Assembly: GCA_002811645.1 (NCBI GenBank)
Contig: PDIP01000039.1
Coordinates: 173,672 to 237,671, forward strand
Source: Corallochytrium limacisporum Hawaii
Taxonomy: Eukaryota > Protista > Pluriformea
Reading direction: 5' to 3'
Length of the DNA stretch: 64,000 nt
In this document: in pieces, positions 21,905 through 32,863 of the stretch
Position numbering within the stretch: the stretch's first letter is position 1
How the letters are laid out: every line of letters begins with the position of its first letter
The notes under the pieces: generated by a model
What the model was told of the DNA's origin: nothing
The model's input: the letters and a program-made list of their open reading frames with translations, nothing else
Database searches by the model: none
Made by a program: the position numbers and the translations under genes

Positions 21905-22927
21905 TTACTTCTTGTCCTCCTGCCACCATTGCAGCAGCTGAGGAGTGAAATAGGTAATAATCAAATCAACTCCAGCTCTTTGGAAGGAGACCAAAGTTTC
22001 TTCAACGGTGGGGCGCAAAGCCAAGCCGCCCGCGTTGGCCGCGTGATGGATCATCATGAACTCTCCACTTACCTGGTACACTGCCAGAGGAAGCTCCGGG
22101 TGCCGCTCCTTCGCGTCGCGGCAAACGTCGAGGTACGGCATGCCGGGCTTCACCATGAGCATATCAGCTCCTTGTTCTGCATCACGGTCCAGAGCCCGCA
22201 GGGCCAGTCCACGTCCGCCAGGGGGCAGTTGGTAGCCACTGCGATCCCCTTTGCCGGGAGCGCTCTTGGCGGCGTCACGGAAGGGTCCGTAGAAGGCGGA
22301 CGCAAACTTGGCAGCGTATGACAGCACCATACACTTACCATCCAAGCCGTTCGCAGCTAGGGCATCCTTAATGGCCAGAATACGCCCATCCATCATATCA
22401 CTGGGCGCCACCATGTGTGCACCGGCTTTGGCGTATGCAAGAGAGATTTCAGCCAGACGGTGGATGGAAGCCGGATTGTCGATGGAGCCATCGAACTGGA
22501 AAATACCGCAGTGGCCATGGTCCGTGTATGCGCAAAGGCAGACATCACAGGAGATAAAAAGATCGGGGTACGCCTTCACAATGGCCTTGATGGCAGGCAC
22601 GACTAGTCCCTCGTTCTGTCCGGCTGATGATCCTGTAGCATCCTTGACGTTGTTCCCGGGCACCCCAAAGAGCATAATGGACTGCAGACCATTCTCGACA
22701 TGCGGCCTCAGGTACTCCACAATTTTGTTTACTCCTACACGGTATTGTCCCGTGAGACTCTTAATCTCCTCCATGCCATTAGAGTCGTCCGTAATAAAGA
22801 TCGGCCACATGAGGTTGTGTGGATTCAATGTCTTGACCGAAGGTCCTTGCCACAGGCGACTCACTGGGGTCTGGTATCCACCGTGCAACCGGTGAGGATG
22901 CTCGAGATCTTCTCCAAACCTAGACAT
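21905..22927 (-). CDS. ALAD: Delta-aminolevulinate dehydratase (Zn-dependent porphobilinogen synthase)
   Basis: DVCLCAYTDHGHCG, APSDMMDGR, KFASAFYGPFRDAA, MVKPG, YQVSGE. Confidence 0.97.
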   Translation of the reverse strand: MSRFGEDLEHPHRLHGGYQTPVSRLWQGPSVKTLNPHNLMWPIFITDDSNGMEEIKSLTGQYRVGVNKIVEYLRPHVENGLQSIMLFGVPGNNVKDATGSSAGQNEGLVVPAIKAIVKAYPDLFISCDVCLCAYTDHGHCGIFQFDGSIDNPASIHRLAEISLAYAKAGAHMVAPSDMMDGRILAIKDALAANGLDGKCMVLSYAAKFASAFYGPFRDAAKSAPGKGDRSGYQLPPGGRGLALRALDRDAEQGADMLMVKPGMPYLDVCRDAKERHPELPLAVYQVSGEFMMIHHAANAGGLALRPTVEETLVSFQRAGVDLIITYFTPQLLQWWQEDKK

Positions 22928-23512
22928 GGTGCTTCAAATCTTGATTCCCTTCTATGCTATCACTACAATTTTGCAAATTTGGTCACATGGGCGCTTCTCA
23001 GCGACACCAAATAGCTTTCCCCTCAGCCACCAAGCAAAACGAAACCACATCTCCGATCCGCACAGGTCGTGAGACCACCCGTCCTCCTCCCATTCCCGAC
23101 TAGGCAGACCCGATTCTTCCCGGCCGTGTTCCCGTACATTCACTATGTAATACCCCAAACCTCCCTACACTCAGTACTGCAACAGTTCGTGGCTCCCGTC
23201 GTTCCACTGTGGACGACTCTCCTTGGCAAAAGACCGAAGGGAGGGAGGGAAAGGCCTGGGCCAGTATTTGGATGGGGATCGGGGCAGCTGCCCGTTTATT
23301 TGATATGCGGGGCGGGTGCTTCTCGGGGGCTGGAGACCCAACATGTACCATCGCTTCTACGCATGCAGAGAAGCACATTGAACGATCGGACACCCAGAGT
23401 GACATGTCGAACTTCATCCATACTTTGAAATATACGTATGATCACATTGGTTTATTCAGGTTGTATTCAGATACATGATAACTGCGGCAATAAGGGCCCG
23501 TACAATCCCAAT

Positions 23513-24937
23513 TTAGTTGCCGAGGCAATTAATGTCATCACTGCGCTTCTTCCAGGTGAAGTGGTGTAGCTTGGTAAATGGAATAGAACGCTCCCACTCC
23601 TGTTCGGAAGGCAGGTCACCACCCCAGTCAATGTAGAACAACCCCGTGCTCACGTTATCCTCCATGATGTCCTTCCACTTGGGGTTCTCGAAGAATGCCT
23701 TGAACGTGTCACTAACGGGTAGGATCATCTCTTCAGCAACCCACTTCAACACCCGATTGGTAGGGCGATGGCGCACCAGGCCCAGCTGCCAGGCACGGGC
23801 CACAGCACTCAGTCCATGCTCTTTCTGGTCCTCCTTCAGATCTGCCAGCAGACTCTGGAAGGAACCTTCGGTGGTGGCGTCCATGAACTTGTAGCTGCGT
23901 GCGTACAATACGGCGTTGTGGTAGTACAGGGGCACGTTGACAAGAGCATCACGGTTTGAGTCCATGGCCAAGCGGGTGATCATTTTGTCCACGTGTTTGC
24001 CAATGCCCAAAGGAGGGTGTTCCTGCCCGGGAAATGGCTTGTACGGGAACTTGTCCCAGGAAATAGTAGGGTTCTGCATCCTCATCCACTCAATCACGAT
24101 GATATCAAGGTCCTGTCGAGCAACCAGCTCAGGAATCAGACGCTGACCCGGATTTCTTGAATTATGTTGGTGAAGAGTCTTGAAATTGCTGATACTGTAC
24201 ATCCGACGCAGGAAGATCTCCATGATCTCATACAGCTCCCGTTCCCCTTCGGGCTTGTCGTCATCCTCTTCCTTCCATACGTACAGCCACATCTTGTGCA
24301 CGAAGGTATCCTTCGTGTCCAGCTTTACTTTCCACTTCGGCGCAAAGCCCATGGTGGGGAGAATCGTGGTCAATCCATTTCTTTCCAAAATGGTGTCGCA
24401 ATCAGCTTCGGTATAGGTGCCAATGAACTTCTTAGCTCTCGGTGCCAGGAAATCTTCTCCCAGATCAAGATCCCATCCTGCAGGTTCAACGCCAAAGATG
24501 TCCAGATGCTGTGTTGCTCGGAAAGCCGAGCGAATAGCTTCTGTTGCACGGAGGAAAGGGCTTGCGATGCGTGAGAGACCTGACCCGGAGATCGTCCGCT
24601 TGAAAGTGTTGTCCTCTTCAGGTAGATCCAGATGCTGGCTTTCGGTACCGGGAAGGGAAGTGGTGGAAGTGCGGCGCGCGAGCGGACGAAGCCCAGTATC
24701 AAGAGATCCCTGACGGGGTTCATCGGGCCGTGGCTTTGGAGCACCTGTCGAGCTCGGTTTCGTCTTGGCCGCCAGCGCCTCATCGAGACCAGCATCCACA
24801 TCATTCTCCTCTCCGTAGACAGGGACATGGAGCATAGGCCTGTTGTTATGATCCACGCTGCTTAAGATCATGTTGCCATCTTCCGTTTTCCCCGACGGCT
24901 CAGCACTGTTGCTGCGAGGCAACGTCTTCACCGACAT
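23513..24937 (-). CDS. Uncharacterised protein: disordered N-terminus plus conserved-looking bacterial-type C-terminal domain
   Basis: Long ORF with motifs IIVIEWMRMQNP, PFPGQEHPPLG, NVPLYYHNAVLY. First ATG at 24937; the frame stays open to about 25096. Confidence 0.75.
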   Translation of the reverse strand: MSVKTLPRSNSAEPSGKTEDGNMILSSVDHNNRPMLHVPVYGEENDVDAGLDEALAAKTKPSSTGAPKPRPDEPRQGSLDTGLRPLARRTSTTSLPGTESQHLDLPEEDNTFKRTISGSGLSRIASPFLRATEAIRSAFRATQHLDIFGVEPAGWDLDLGEDFLAPRAKKFIGTYTEADCDTILERNGLTTILPTMGFAPKWKVKLDTKDTFVHKMWLYVWKEEDDDKPEGERELYEIMEIFLRRMYSISNFKTLHQHNSRNPGQRLIPELVARQDLDIIVIEWMRMQNPTISWDKFPYKPFPGQEHPPLGIGKHVDKMITRLAMDSNRDALVNVPLYYHNAVLYARSYKFMDATTEGSFQSLLADLKEDQKEHGLSAVARAWQLGLVRHRPTNRVLKWVAEEMILPVSDTFKAFFENPKWKDIMEDNVSTGLFYIDWGGDLPSEQEWERSIPFTKLHHFTWKKRSDDINCLGN

Positions 24938-27900
24938 GCTGCTTTGCTTCCTACTATCCTTTTCACTGCTCCCTTCTACGTCAGTCTTCGACTTAGAGCT
25001 CTCGTCTTCTTTCTTCGCGTCCTTGCGGACTGACAGGGCCACTGCAGGTAGGACGTCTATTTTGTTGCTCGACCGGAAACACACGCTAAGAAGCCGCTAG
25101 AGGGGCACACTCTGTCTTGAAAATAATGAGCTGAATCAGTTCGCAGTGCGATTCGCTCAAAACTTAAGATAGCATGAAAGACAAAGATCTTATACCCGGC
25201 AAAAACGACACATTGAACCGAGAATCTCACGGTGTGTCAATGAGGCACACACACACACACATCGAACCCATCCACCTCCGCAAGCACAGCCACGCCCAAA
25301 GGCACTCAGAGGCCCACCGAATACGACTGTGCATAGGCAGTGATCCGTCCGTGTCCATCATGCCCTTCCGTTTCACATGATTTTTTGGCGGCTTTGGTTA
25401 CAAACCCGCCCAGTTGGAATCGACGGCCCCTGTTCCTCCATTTTTCTCTCTAGGAGCAATTTCAATGGACCAAGTGTTCCACGAAAGAAAAAGCAAGAGA
25501 TACTTTCAGGAAAGGGAAAGAAGTAAGGGATTTCGTATGATCCGCTTTCGAATGTATTCATTGATTCTCCAGCAAGGACAAACGGGATGTGAAAAAAAAA
25601 AAAAAGAAGAAGGAAAAACAGGAAACGGAATCGTTCCCCAATCATTTTGCCTTACTTTTTCTTCTATTCTTCTTTTGTCTCTTGGGCGTTGAATTTCTGT
25701 TGACTTTTAGGGGGAAGCAGGAGAGGGAGGGAAGGCGGTGGGGGTTTTTTGTTCCTTTTGCAGGCTGGCAGCGGGAGATAGGAGCAGAATTATCAGGCTT
25801 CATTGGGTATCCCTAAACATTGCCTATGGTTGCCCTCCAGGTCGCCCTGGGCCCCGGGACCCGTGATCCATCTCGTCGCTCCGGGGATGGCAGTAGAAGT
25901 TGGTGGTAGATGGAACGAAGATGGAAGCGCATCGGCTCATCTCCACAATGATTTTTGTGCGCCAGCGCCTTTTTGAGACACGAGTTCCTTGACAGGTGAA
26001 CGGGATGGTGTGGCTGCGAGTTGGTCACTCTGTGGAGGTTTTCTAGTAGACGGACAACTTGCACATCTCACTCGAACATGCGTGTTCCGCTCACTTTCTG
26101 GTTCCACCCCATCCCCGTACGGATCTCAGCATATTGATACGTGACATCCTGAGCATGCATCTACTGTGGCGGACTCATTCGTCCTTTGCAACCCCTGACG
26201 GGGCTGCCGAACGAAGTCACAAGACCGTCAGCAGAGGAATTCAAAGTTTGGCGCAGGTTTAACCCCCCCTGGCCGGTACGTGTCCACTCTCAGCTCGGCA
26301 CATTTTAACCGTGTTTTGCTTTGTCTCTGCCCCGTTCTTGGGGGTTCGGGTACGTTTGCAGCCCGGCCGTGGGTCACTTACTCACACTTCGTACCCAGAA
26401 GCCCCAAAACAAAACCAAAAAAATAAGAAAACCAACAGAACAAACTTTGGAAAAGTTTTGCCTGGCGGGTGTTAGTGGTACTACGCTTCAGGATAATTGA
26501 TCCTCGTCGTCTTGCTCCTTCCCATCAGGAAGAGCAAGGGGGGGGGGGGACATCAGGTGTCCATTCCCTCCTCCTCTCGATATCAACTCCCCGAGATTTG
26601 ATTGCATGAGCTCTCAGTACTGAAGGCCTACGGAGGAAACCGAGACGGAAAGAAAAGAACCCTCCTCCGCGGGAGGGCACGAGCTCTTGCACCGACCGGC
26701 CTCCGGCTTGGCCGGTGGAATACTTGAAATCGTTCCCGCTTCCCCTCCTTCTCTAGCCTCCGCTTTTCTCAAGTGGGAATCGGAGAAGCAGGCTCACCCG
26801 CAAGGCTCGTGATTTTTCCGGCTCTACAATTCACAGGCATTCACGCCGGATTGAATTCACACCCGTGAGAAGGGAGCAGTACAGAGCCAGTTAGTGTATT
26901 GTTGAAAGGTGTAAGTGCACGCACGCTCATGCCTTTGCTAGAATATACAGGGAAACACCTAATAAAAATGTGTGACGTCAGCTTGGGGGGGGGGGGCATT
27001 CTTGGACTCACGTTGAAAACTTAAAATAGTCATGTGCACACTATCGCATAGTCAGTGTGTCACTACCGTACGGTGGATGGAAACAGGGTGTCCTCCTCCC
27101 CGGTTCTGGGTCTCTCAGGAGATCACACAGTTGTCTGTGCTTGTTGGAGTTGATGTGGGAAGTCGCTAGCTCTCTGCGTGTATGAGCAGGAGCCGTGTGC
27201 CAGAGGGGGAGTAGCCCACCATTCCTGTGCGATTCATCAGTGCGTAGCTTTCTGCCACGGCAACCCGACGCCGATCCCAACTCTCTCGACCAGGGGAAGC
27301 CTGCGGGGTATTGCCTGTGATCTCGCCCTCTCGTCTCATTCCGGGCAAGTCCATCGACGCTGCAATGCCTTCCTCGCTTCGATTGATGGATCCTCAAAAG
27401 CATGGGTGATTTGATGTTACATGACGAAGGATGACATCGTCATCGCAACCTCTCGTCTCCCGCGTTGCATTAGATTGTTCCAGTACCTTGAAATGAAAAT
27501 GCCACGGATGATACAAATAAGGTATGTATGCCCAACATGCAAGATTGTCAGTGGGAATTGTTCACGCTGATGATACTTAGCTCAACCTTGGATGATATTC
27601 TTGAGAGGATGATGTGAACACGGTCAGGGAACAATGTGGCAGACAATGATGTGATGTTTGGAGGAATCATGTGAAGTGTATCCTCCATGTAAAATGACCA
27701 CTGGCAGAGACACCTGTCCTTGTTCATACAGTGCACCACTCTCTTGCGCCATCATCTTCATTGTCACCATGAAAGCCCTTTGATGTTCATAGAACCCCGA
27801 TTGAAGTGCTAAGTGGTTTGAGCTGGCCCCCGTAAACCGAGCTCTATCGAATCAAAACCTCCAACCAATTTTGTATTAGCTCGCAGGACTTTGTATTTAT

Positions 27901-28589
27901 AGATTGGATTAGAATAAGTATATATATATTAATGGAGAAAAATAGTGATTGATTATAAAAATTCTATTGATTGTATTGTTGATTTTGTCCCAGTAGTCCC
28001 ACGTACCCTCCGAAGCTCCCCGGTGCCTTCTCTTGGTCGGCAAGGCGCTCGACCCGCCACGGCGGGGTGGGTGGGGGCTTCAAATGGAAAAAATTTACGG
28101 CGATCGATCATTTTGGGTGGTGATGTAGTGAATGTACTGTGTTCTGGGCCGTTCAGTGAGCACGGACTGGTTGCGATGGGGGAGGGGGGGGCAAAGAGAT
28201 CGCTGCGGTTCAAGATCTGTAAGTGACTAAGGGGGAAAAGGTTGCGCACGGGCTTCTAGATACACAGTACGTGTGTGCCACTATTTCTGTGTGTTCCGTA
28301 TAGTTGCCCGTTCTGGTTCAGCATGGACTGGAGTGAGTATGGTGAATTTTCAAGTGTGGTGGAGATCTTAGTGAGGGTGTCGCGGGTCACCCATCTAAAT
28401 GTGTGCTCTACCGTAGCAGATGATGGTATTTCGTGCTCTAAGTTCCTGAAGCCCCCCTAACCTGAGATCAAGGAATGTGAAACGAGAACAATTACGAACA
28501 CAATAGTAATCAAGAGCATGTTTCGGTAGACAATACCTGACGCATGACGGTGGTCACCAGTTTAAAGAATTGAATCACATTAATCAGCA

Positions 28590-30730
28590 ATGCGAGCTGG
28601 GTTCATATATTTTTTTGCTGCAGTACTCTGTGCTGTAGTAAACGCACGGTCTTTGTTCCTTGATCTTGACAATGTCGTGATCAATGATGCCGCTGCAACT
28701 AATGCATACGCTACTGTTGCATTCTTGGACGACGACGGGGAAGAGAAGGGTGACACGGTTTCCAGCCCGCAGCGAACACTGACAAGCAATGTAGGTGACG
28801 CATCAGGAGATCTCGACTATACTTTCGTACTTGATGTTCCTGTACAGGCCACTCAGTTGAACATTAGGGTGAAAGCGGACGTTACTGGAATGACTGATTC
28901 CGTTGTGGGAAACATTACCGTATCTCTTTCTGCCCTCGACAGCACCCGGACATCAGCAACGGAGGCATTAAACACCGGCGATGGCACGCTGACGTACGTC
29001 AGTGCCCTTTTTGGTGCCGAGTACTCGATCACCGAATGTACGGGCTCAGCTCAGACTCTCACAGCTGAGTTTGGTATCCTTTTTGACGGTCATGGTGACT
29101 ATGCTGCTAATACGGACTGCACCATTAACCTTTCCAATGCAGATGGTGCCACGCTCACCTTCTTGCAGCTCGATCTGGGCGGCGGCTCTGACTCTCTAAG
29201 TGTCACCTGGACCGACGGTTCAGAAGCATACAATAGCGGAACAACGGGTGTGACGACCTTGATCACAACGCTAACACAGTTATTGTTTTGAATGCCGACG
29301 GTGGCAGTGATGTTGGCCCAGGCTTCGTGATTGCCTACCGCCTTAACGCGGAAACCCCAACGACTGATACGACATCCAGCACCACAACTACGACAACATC
29401 TAGCACTACTACTACCACGACATCTAGCACCGCAAGTACCTCTACTGGCACTGACGACAATACTAGTGATGGGTCTGATGACGGTGATGGTACAACGGAT
29501 TCTTCAACTGGATCCAGTTCCGTGGATCCCGTTTTGATTGGATCCGTTGCCGCGGGCGGCGTAGTTGTGCTTGTAGTTTGCGGCTACCTCTTCAGCCGCA
29601 GGCAAAGGAAGAAGCGAGATCAAGCGGACGAAGAGGGCAAGATAGCTGTGGGTGAGGAAACTGAAGGGCGTTCACGCGCTGGATCGTACCAACAGCCTGA
29701 GGATTCGGTAGAACCCTCTCGGGTGGAAGCCTATGTGTCCTACCCAGATGCGATTGAGGAGGAAGGTACCCCGGGATTGAATGCCATTCTGATGTCAATG
29801 GATACGGACGATATGAATTTTATTCCTCCGCAAAATATCGATATGGGAGAGGAGCTGGGCAGAGGTGCCTTTGGAGTTGTGTACAAGGGTACTCTCATCA
29901 AGTCCGGCATCGAAGTGGCGATCAAGACACTCAACGTGGAAAACGTGGGCGAGAAGGAAATCGGCGAGCTGCTTGCGGAGGCCCAGCTGATGAGTACTCT
30001 CCGCCATCCGTACATCACTGGCATGATTGGTTTGTGCAAGAATCCTTTCAGTGTGGTCACCGAATTCATGCCCATGGGTGACCTCAAGTCGTTCATTGCG
30101 GAAAATCCCCATCTAACGGACGTCGATTTCGGGCGCTATAGTTGGCAGATTGCCCTGGCCATGGTCTACATGGAAGGTCGCCATATTGTCCACCGTGATT
30201 TGGCCCTGCGAAACATTTTGGTATACAGCCGTGTCATGGTGAAAATCACTGACTTTGGTATGTCAAAGACAATGGCTGCCGAGGATACCAATTACTACCA
30301 GAGCCGCCAGGCAATGCTGCCTGTCCGCTGGCTGGCACCGGAGTGCTTGGAGCGCCGCAAGTTCAGCAACAAGAGTGATGTCTGGGCGTACGGAGTCACT
30401 GTCTGGGAAATTTACAGTCGTGCCACCCGCCCATATCAGGGGAAAACCAACTTGCAGGTCTTTGAATTCCTGAAAGGTGGTGAACGGCTTCAGCTGCCTA
30501 ACGAGGTCGACAGTGGTACGAAGGAAATGGTGGCAGACTGTTTCGTATGGGACGAGCACTTGCGTCCATCCTTCAAGCAGATTGTACAGCGCTGGTTGAC
30601 CCGTTCCAACGAAGACGAACGAGAGTACTACCAGGAAGAGATTCACAAGCTGCAGCAGGCTATGACTCTAGACCCTTCCGCTATAGTCTACCTGGATCTG
30701 CAGGATGAGATGGCAGCGCCTGAGAGTTAG
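28590..30730 (+). CDS. Receptor tyrosine kinase (signal peptide, C2-like, CUB-like, S/T stalk, TM, TK); frame change near 29248-29279
   Basis: Kinase motifs LGRGAFGVVY, VAIK, HRDLALRN, KITDFG, LPVRWLAPE, SDVWAYGV; TM segment LIGSVAAGGVVVLVVCGYLF. The upstream ORF has the signal peptide and the start of the CUB-like domain, whose GFVIAY end is in the second frame. Confidence 0.85.
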
Positions 30731-30867
30731 AGAAAAAATGTAGACAACAGCTGCTCCTTGGATTTGGTACATATGTATTTATACTTTTTCTAATAAATAA
30801 GTTCTAAGAGTATGTGAAGCGGATGATGGTGATTGAGATGGATGGATGGATGATGATGATGATATAC

Positions 30868-32250
30868 TTATCCGTACTCCCCGTAAAGCTTATATGACGG
30901 CAGCATGACCAGGAAGGCAATGGCAATGGTCACTGCGGCGTAAACAAATGATGGTCTTGGTTCCATAATATGCAATTCGTGCACAAAGGAAGAAATTGTG
31001 GACAGGGACCCACAAAATCCCCCAATAATACCCAATACGACGTCCCGCTTAGCTGCACCACTAGGAACGTCGTCCTCAAGCTGTTCAGCGTTGATGATCT
31101 GTGCCGCAGTGATCACAATCACGGCCAAGATGTTGGCAGCAAATGTGCCCCACTTAAAATTTTCACTGCGATTGTTAAATCTCGCCAGCTGCCAGCGCAG
31201 TAGAGCTCCTGGCGGTGCAAAGCCAAGCCGTGCAATCCACACTTCAGCCTCCCTACGATCGTCAAAAATCGCCAAAGGCAGTGTGAGTGAGAGCACAATA
31301 ACAACCACGGGAATGAAGACGCCCCACAAATGGTGCCAGAAGCGATCATTCATAGTGGCCTTGAGTGGATTCTCGTCATCTTTTCCCTCACTTCCGCCTG
31401 CTTCCCCATTTTGCTCTGGAATAGTGACATCATGGGCAGAATGAGTCTGTCCCGAGTGGGTATGAGCAGAGTGTCCACTCTTTCGCATTGTTTCCGTAAC
31501 ATCCGCAGATGCACTCCTTTGTCCGTTTTCCATATAGCTGGCTTTGTGTGCAGCTTCGGCCAATGAACGTCTAGAGAGAATACTATTACGCGCCTCAAAG
31601 CGATCACCGGTTTCCATCTCTGCCATTTCGGCCTCTAGCACCCTGCGAGGGATGGGTTCACCGGCCAATTCGGCGACTTCAATTTCCTGAGACCTAGCCT
31701 GTTCGAGGATGGTCACCTCCTCAGCAGAAAGCGGTGTTCCTTCCCCTCTTATACCCGAGATCAAACGCCATGTGTAATTGCCTGTATCATATGCAGCGTT
31801 GTACAGTAGCAGACCGAAGATGAGCTGCGAAAGTCCATCAAGGAATCGACCGTCTGTTCCTGTGCCGAATGCAAATGATGGCGCAGCTTCCAATGCGAAA
31901 TTAAATTCTGCGATCCAAGTTACTCCGATTCCATTGATCCAACTACTGAAACTTGTGAAAGATCCTGCAAAACCGGTCAGAATACCCACTCTTATTTCGT
32001 TAATGAGCAGATCATATCGATTGGAACGCTCTCCCCCCAGGGATTTGATCAGAAACGCTGCCGCCGCCGGGTTCCAAAAGAATGCGTATGTCCAGGAACC
32101 CAGAACCTGGGCCCATGAGCTAACAAACCCAATACCATTGTTCTCAAAGATCATTTCACGGAAGAGTGTACCCAAGCACGCAAAAGCTGAAATGATCAGA
32201 ACCAGGTGAAGGTTCTTCGAAAATTTCGTCTCCTCGTCAGTTAAGACCAT
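30868..32250 (-). CDS. FEX-type fluoride exporter (two fused Fluc/CrcB domains)
   Basis: Domain 1: LGTLFRE...GILTGFAGSFTSFSSW. Domain 2: PGALLRWQL...WGTFAANI...GGFCGSLSTISSF. Confidence 0.85.
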   Translation of the reverse strand: MVLTDEETKFSKNLHLVLIISAFACLGTLFREMIFENNGIGFVSSWAQVLGSWTYAFFWNPAAAAFLIKSLGGERSNRYDLLINEIRVGILTGFAGSFTSFSSWINGIGVTWIAEFNFALEAAPSFAFGTGTDGRFLDGLSQLIFGLLLYNAAYDTGNYTWRLISGIRGEGTPLSAEEVTILEQARSQEIEVAELAGEPIPRRVLEAEMAEMETGDRFEARNSILSRRSLAEAAHKASYMENGQRSASADVTETMRKSGHSAHTHSGQTHSAHDVTIPEQNGEAGGSEGKDDENPLKATMNDRFWHHLWGVFIPVVVIVLSLTLPLAIFDDRREAEVWIARLGFAPPGALLRWQLARFNNRSENFKWGTFAANILAVIVITAAQIINAEQLEDDVPSGAAKRDVVLGIIGGFCGSLSTISSFVHELHIMEPRPSFVYAAVTIAIAFLVMLPSYKLYGEYG

Positions 32251-32257
32251 GATTAGG

Positions 32258-32863
32258 CTACTTCAGAACTACTTTGGCCTTACCACCAATGCGTGGATTT
32301 GGGTTCGGATGAATTGGTACACAACGCACAGCGGTCCCGTAACAAATTATGAAGCAAGTAATTCCCGAAATACGATTATCCGTCGACGAGTTCTGATAAC
32401 GCAAACGGATGATGCTGGAAGCTCCTAACTTTTCCGCCTCACGTACAGCGTTTGCAGTGGCTTCAGCAGTTGCGCTTGCAAAAAGGTGTCGATACGATGT
32501 CAATGATCCACCCAGCAATGATCGGAAGCGACTGTACAGGTCGTGGAAGATGTTGGCGCTTCTCGCACTAGTACCTACCACAACACCCAATTCTTCGATG
32601 ATAACGCGCCCGTGAACTGCGTCCCGCGTGGTCAAGAGCACCTCTTCGTTCAAATCCGTGTACCGCGGGATGTGAGGATCGTAGACTTCTCCGTCGTCCT
32701 GCTTGATGAACCGTTCGTGGCTGGGTTCGTCGGCAAACTTATAACTTTCTCTAAGGTTCCTCTGTGAAAAACTTATGCTGGCGCGTTGCAGACTGCGGAT
32801 TTCTTTGGATATTTGACTTAGCCGAAAATGCCTGACAGACTGAACTACCTGCGCCAAGGACAT
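32258..32863 (-). CDS. YbjQ/UPF0145-like putative heavy-metal-binding protein with possible mitochondrial presequence
   Basis: LLTTRDAVHGRVIIEELGVVVG...FRSLLGG.LTSY...AEKLGASSIIRLRY...ICYGTAV matches the YbjQ pattern. Confidence 0.75.
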   Translation of the reverse strand: MSLAQVVQSVRHFRLSQISKEIRSLQRASISFSQRNLRESYKFADEPSHERFIKQDDGEVYDPHIPRYTDLNEEVLLTTRDAVHGRVIIEELGVVVGTSARSANIFHDLYSRFRSLLGGSLTSYRHLFASATAEATANAVREAEKLGASSIIRLRYQNSSTDNRISGITCFIICYGTAVRCVPIHPNPNPRIGGKAKVVLK

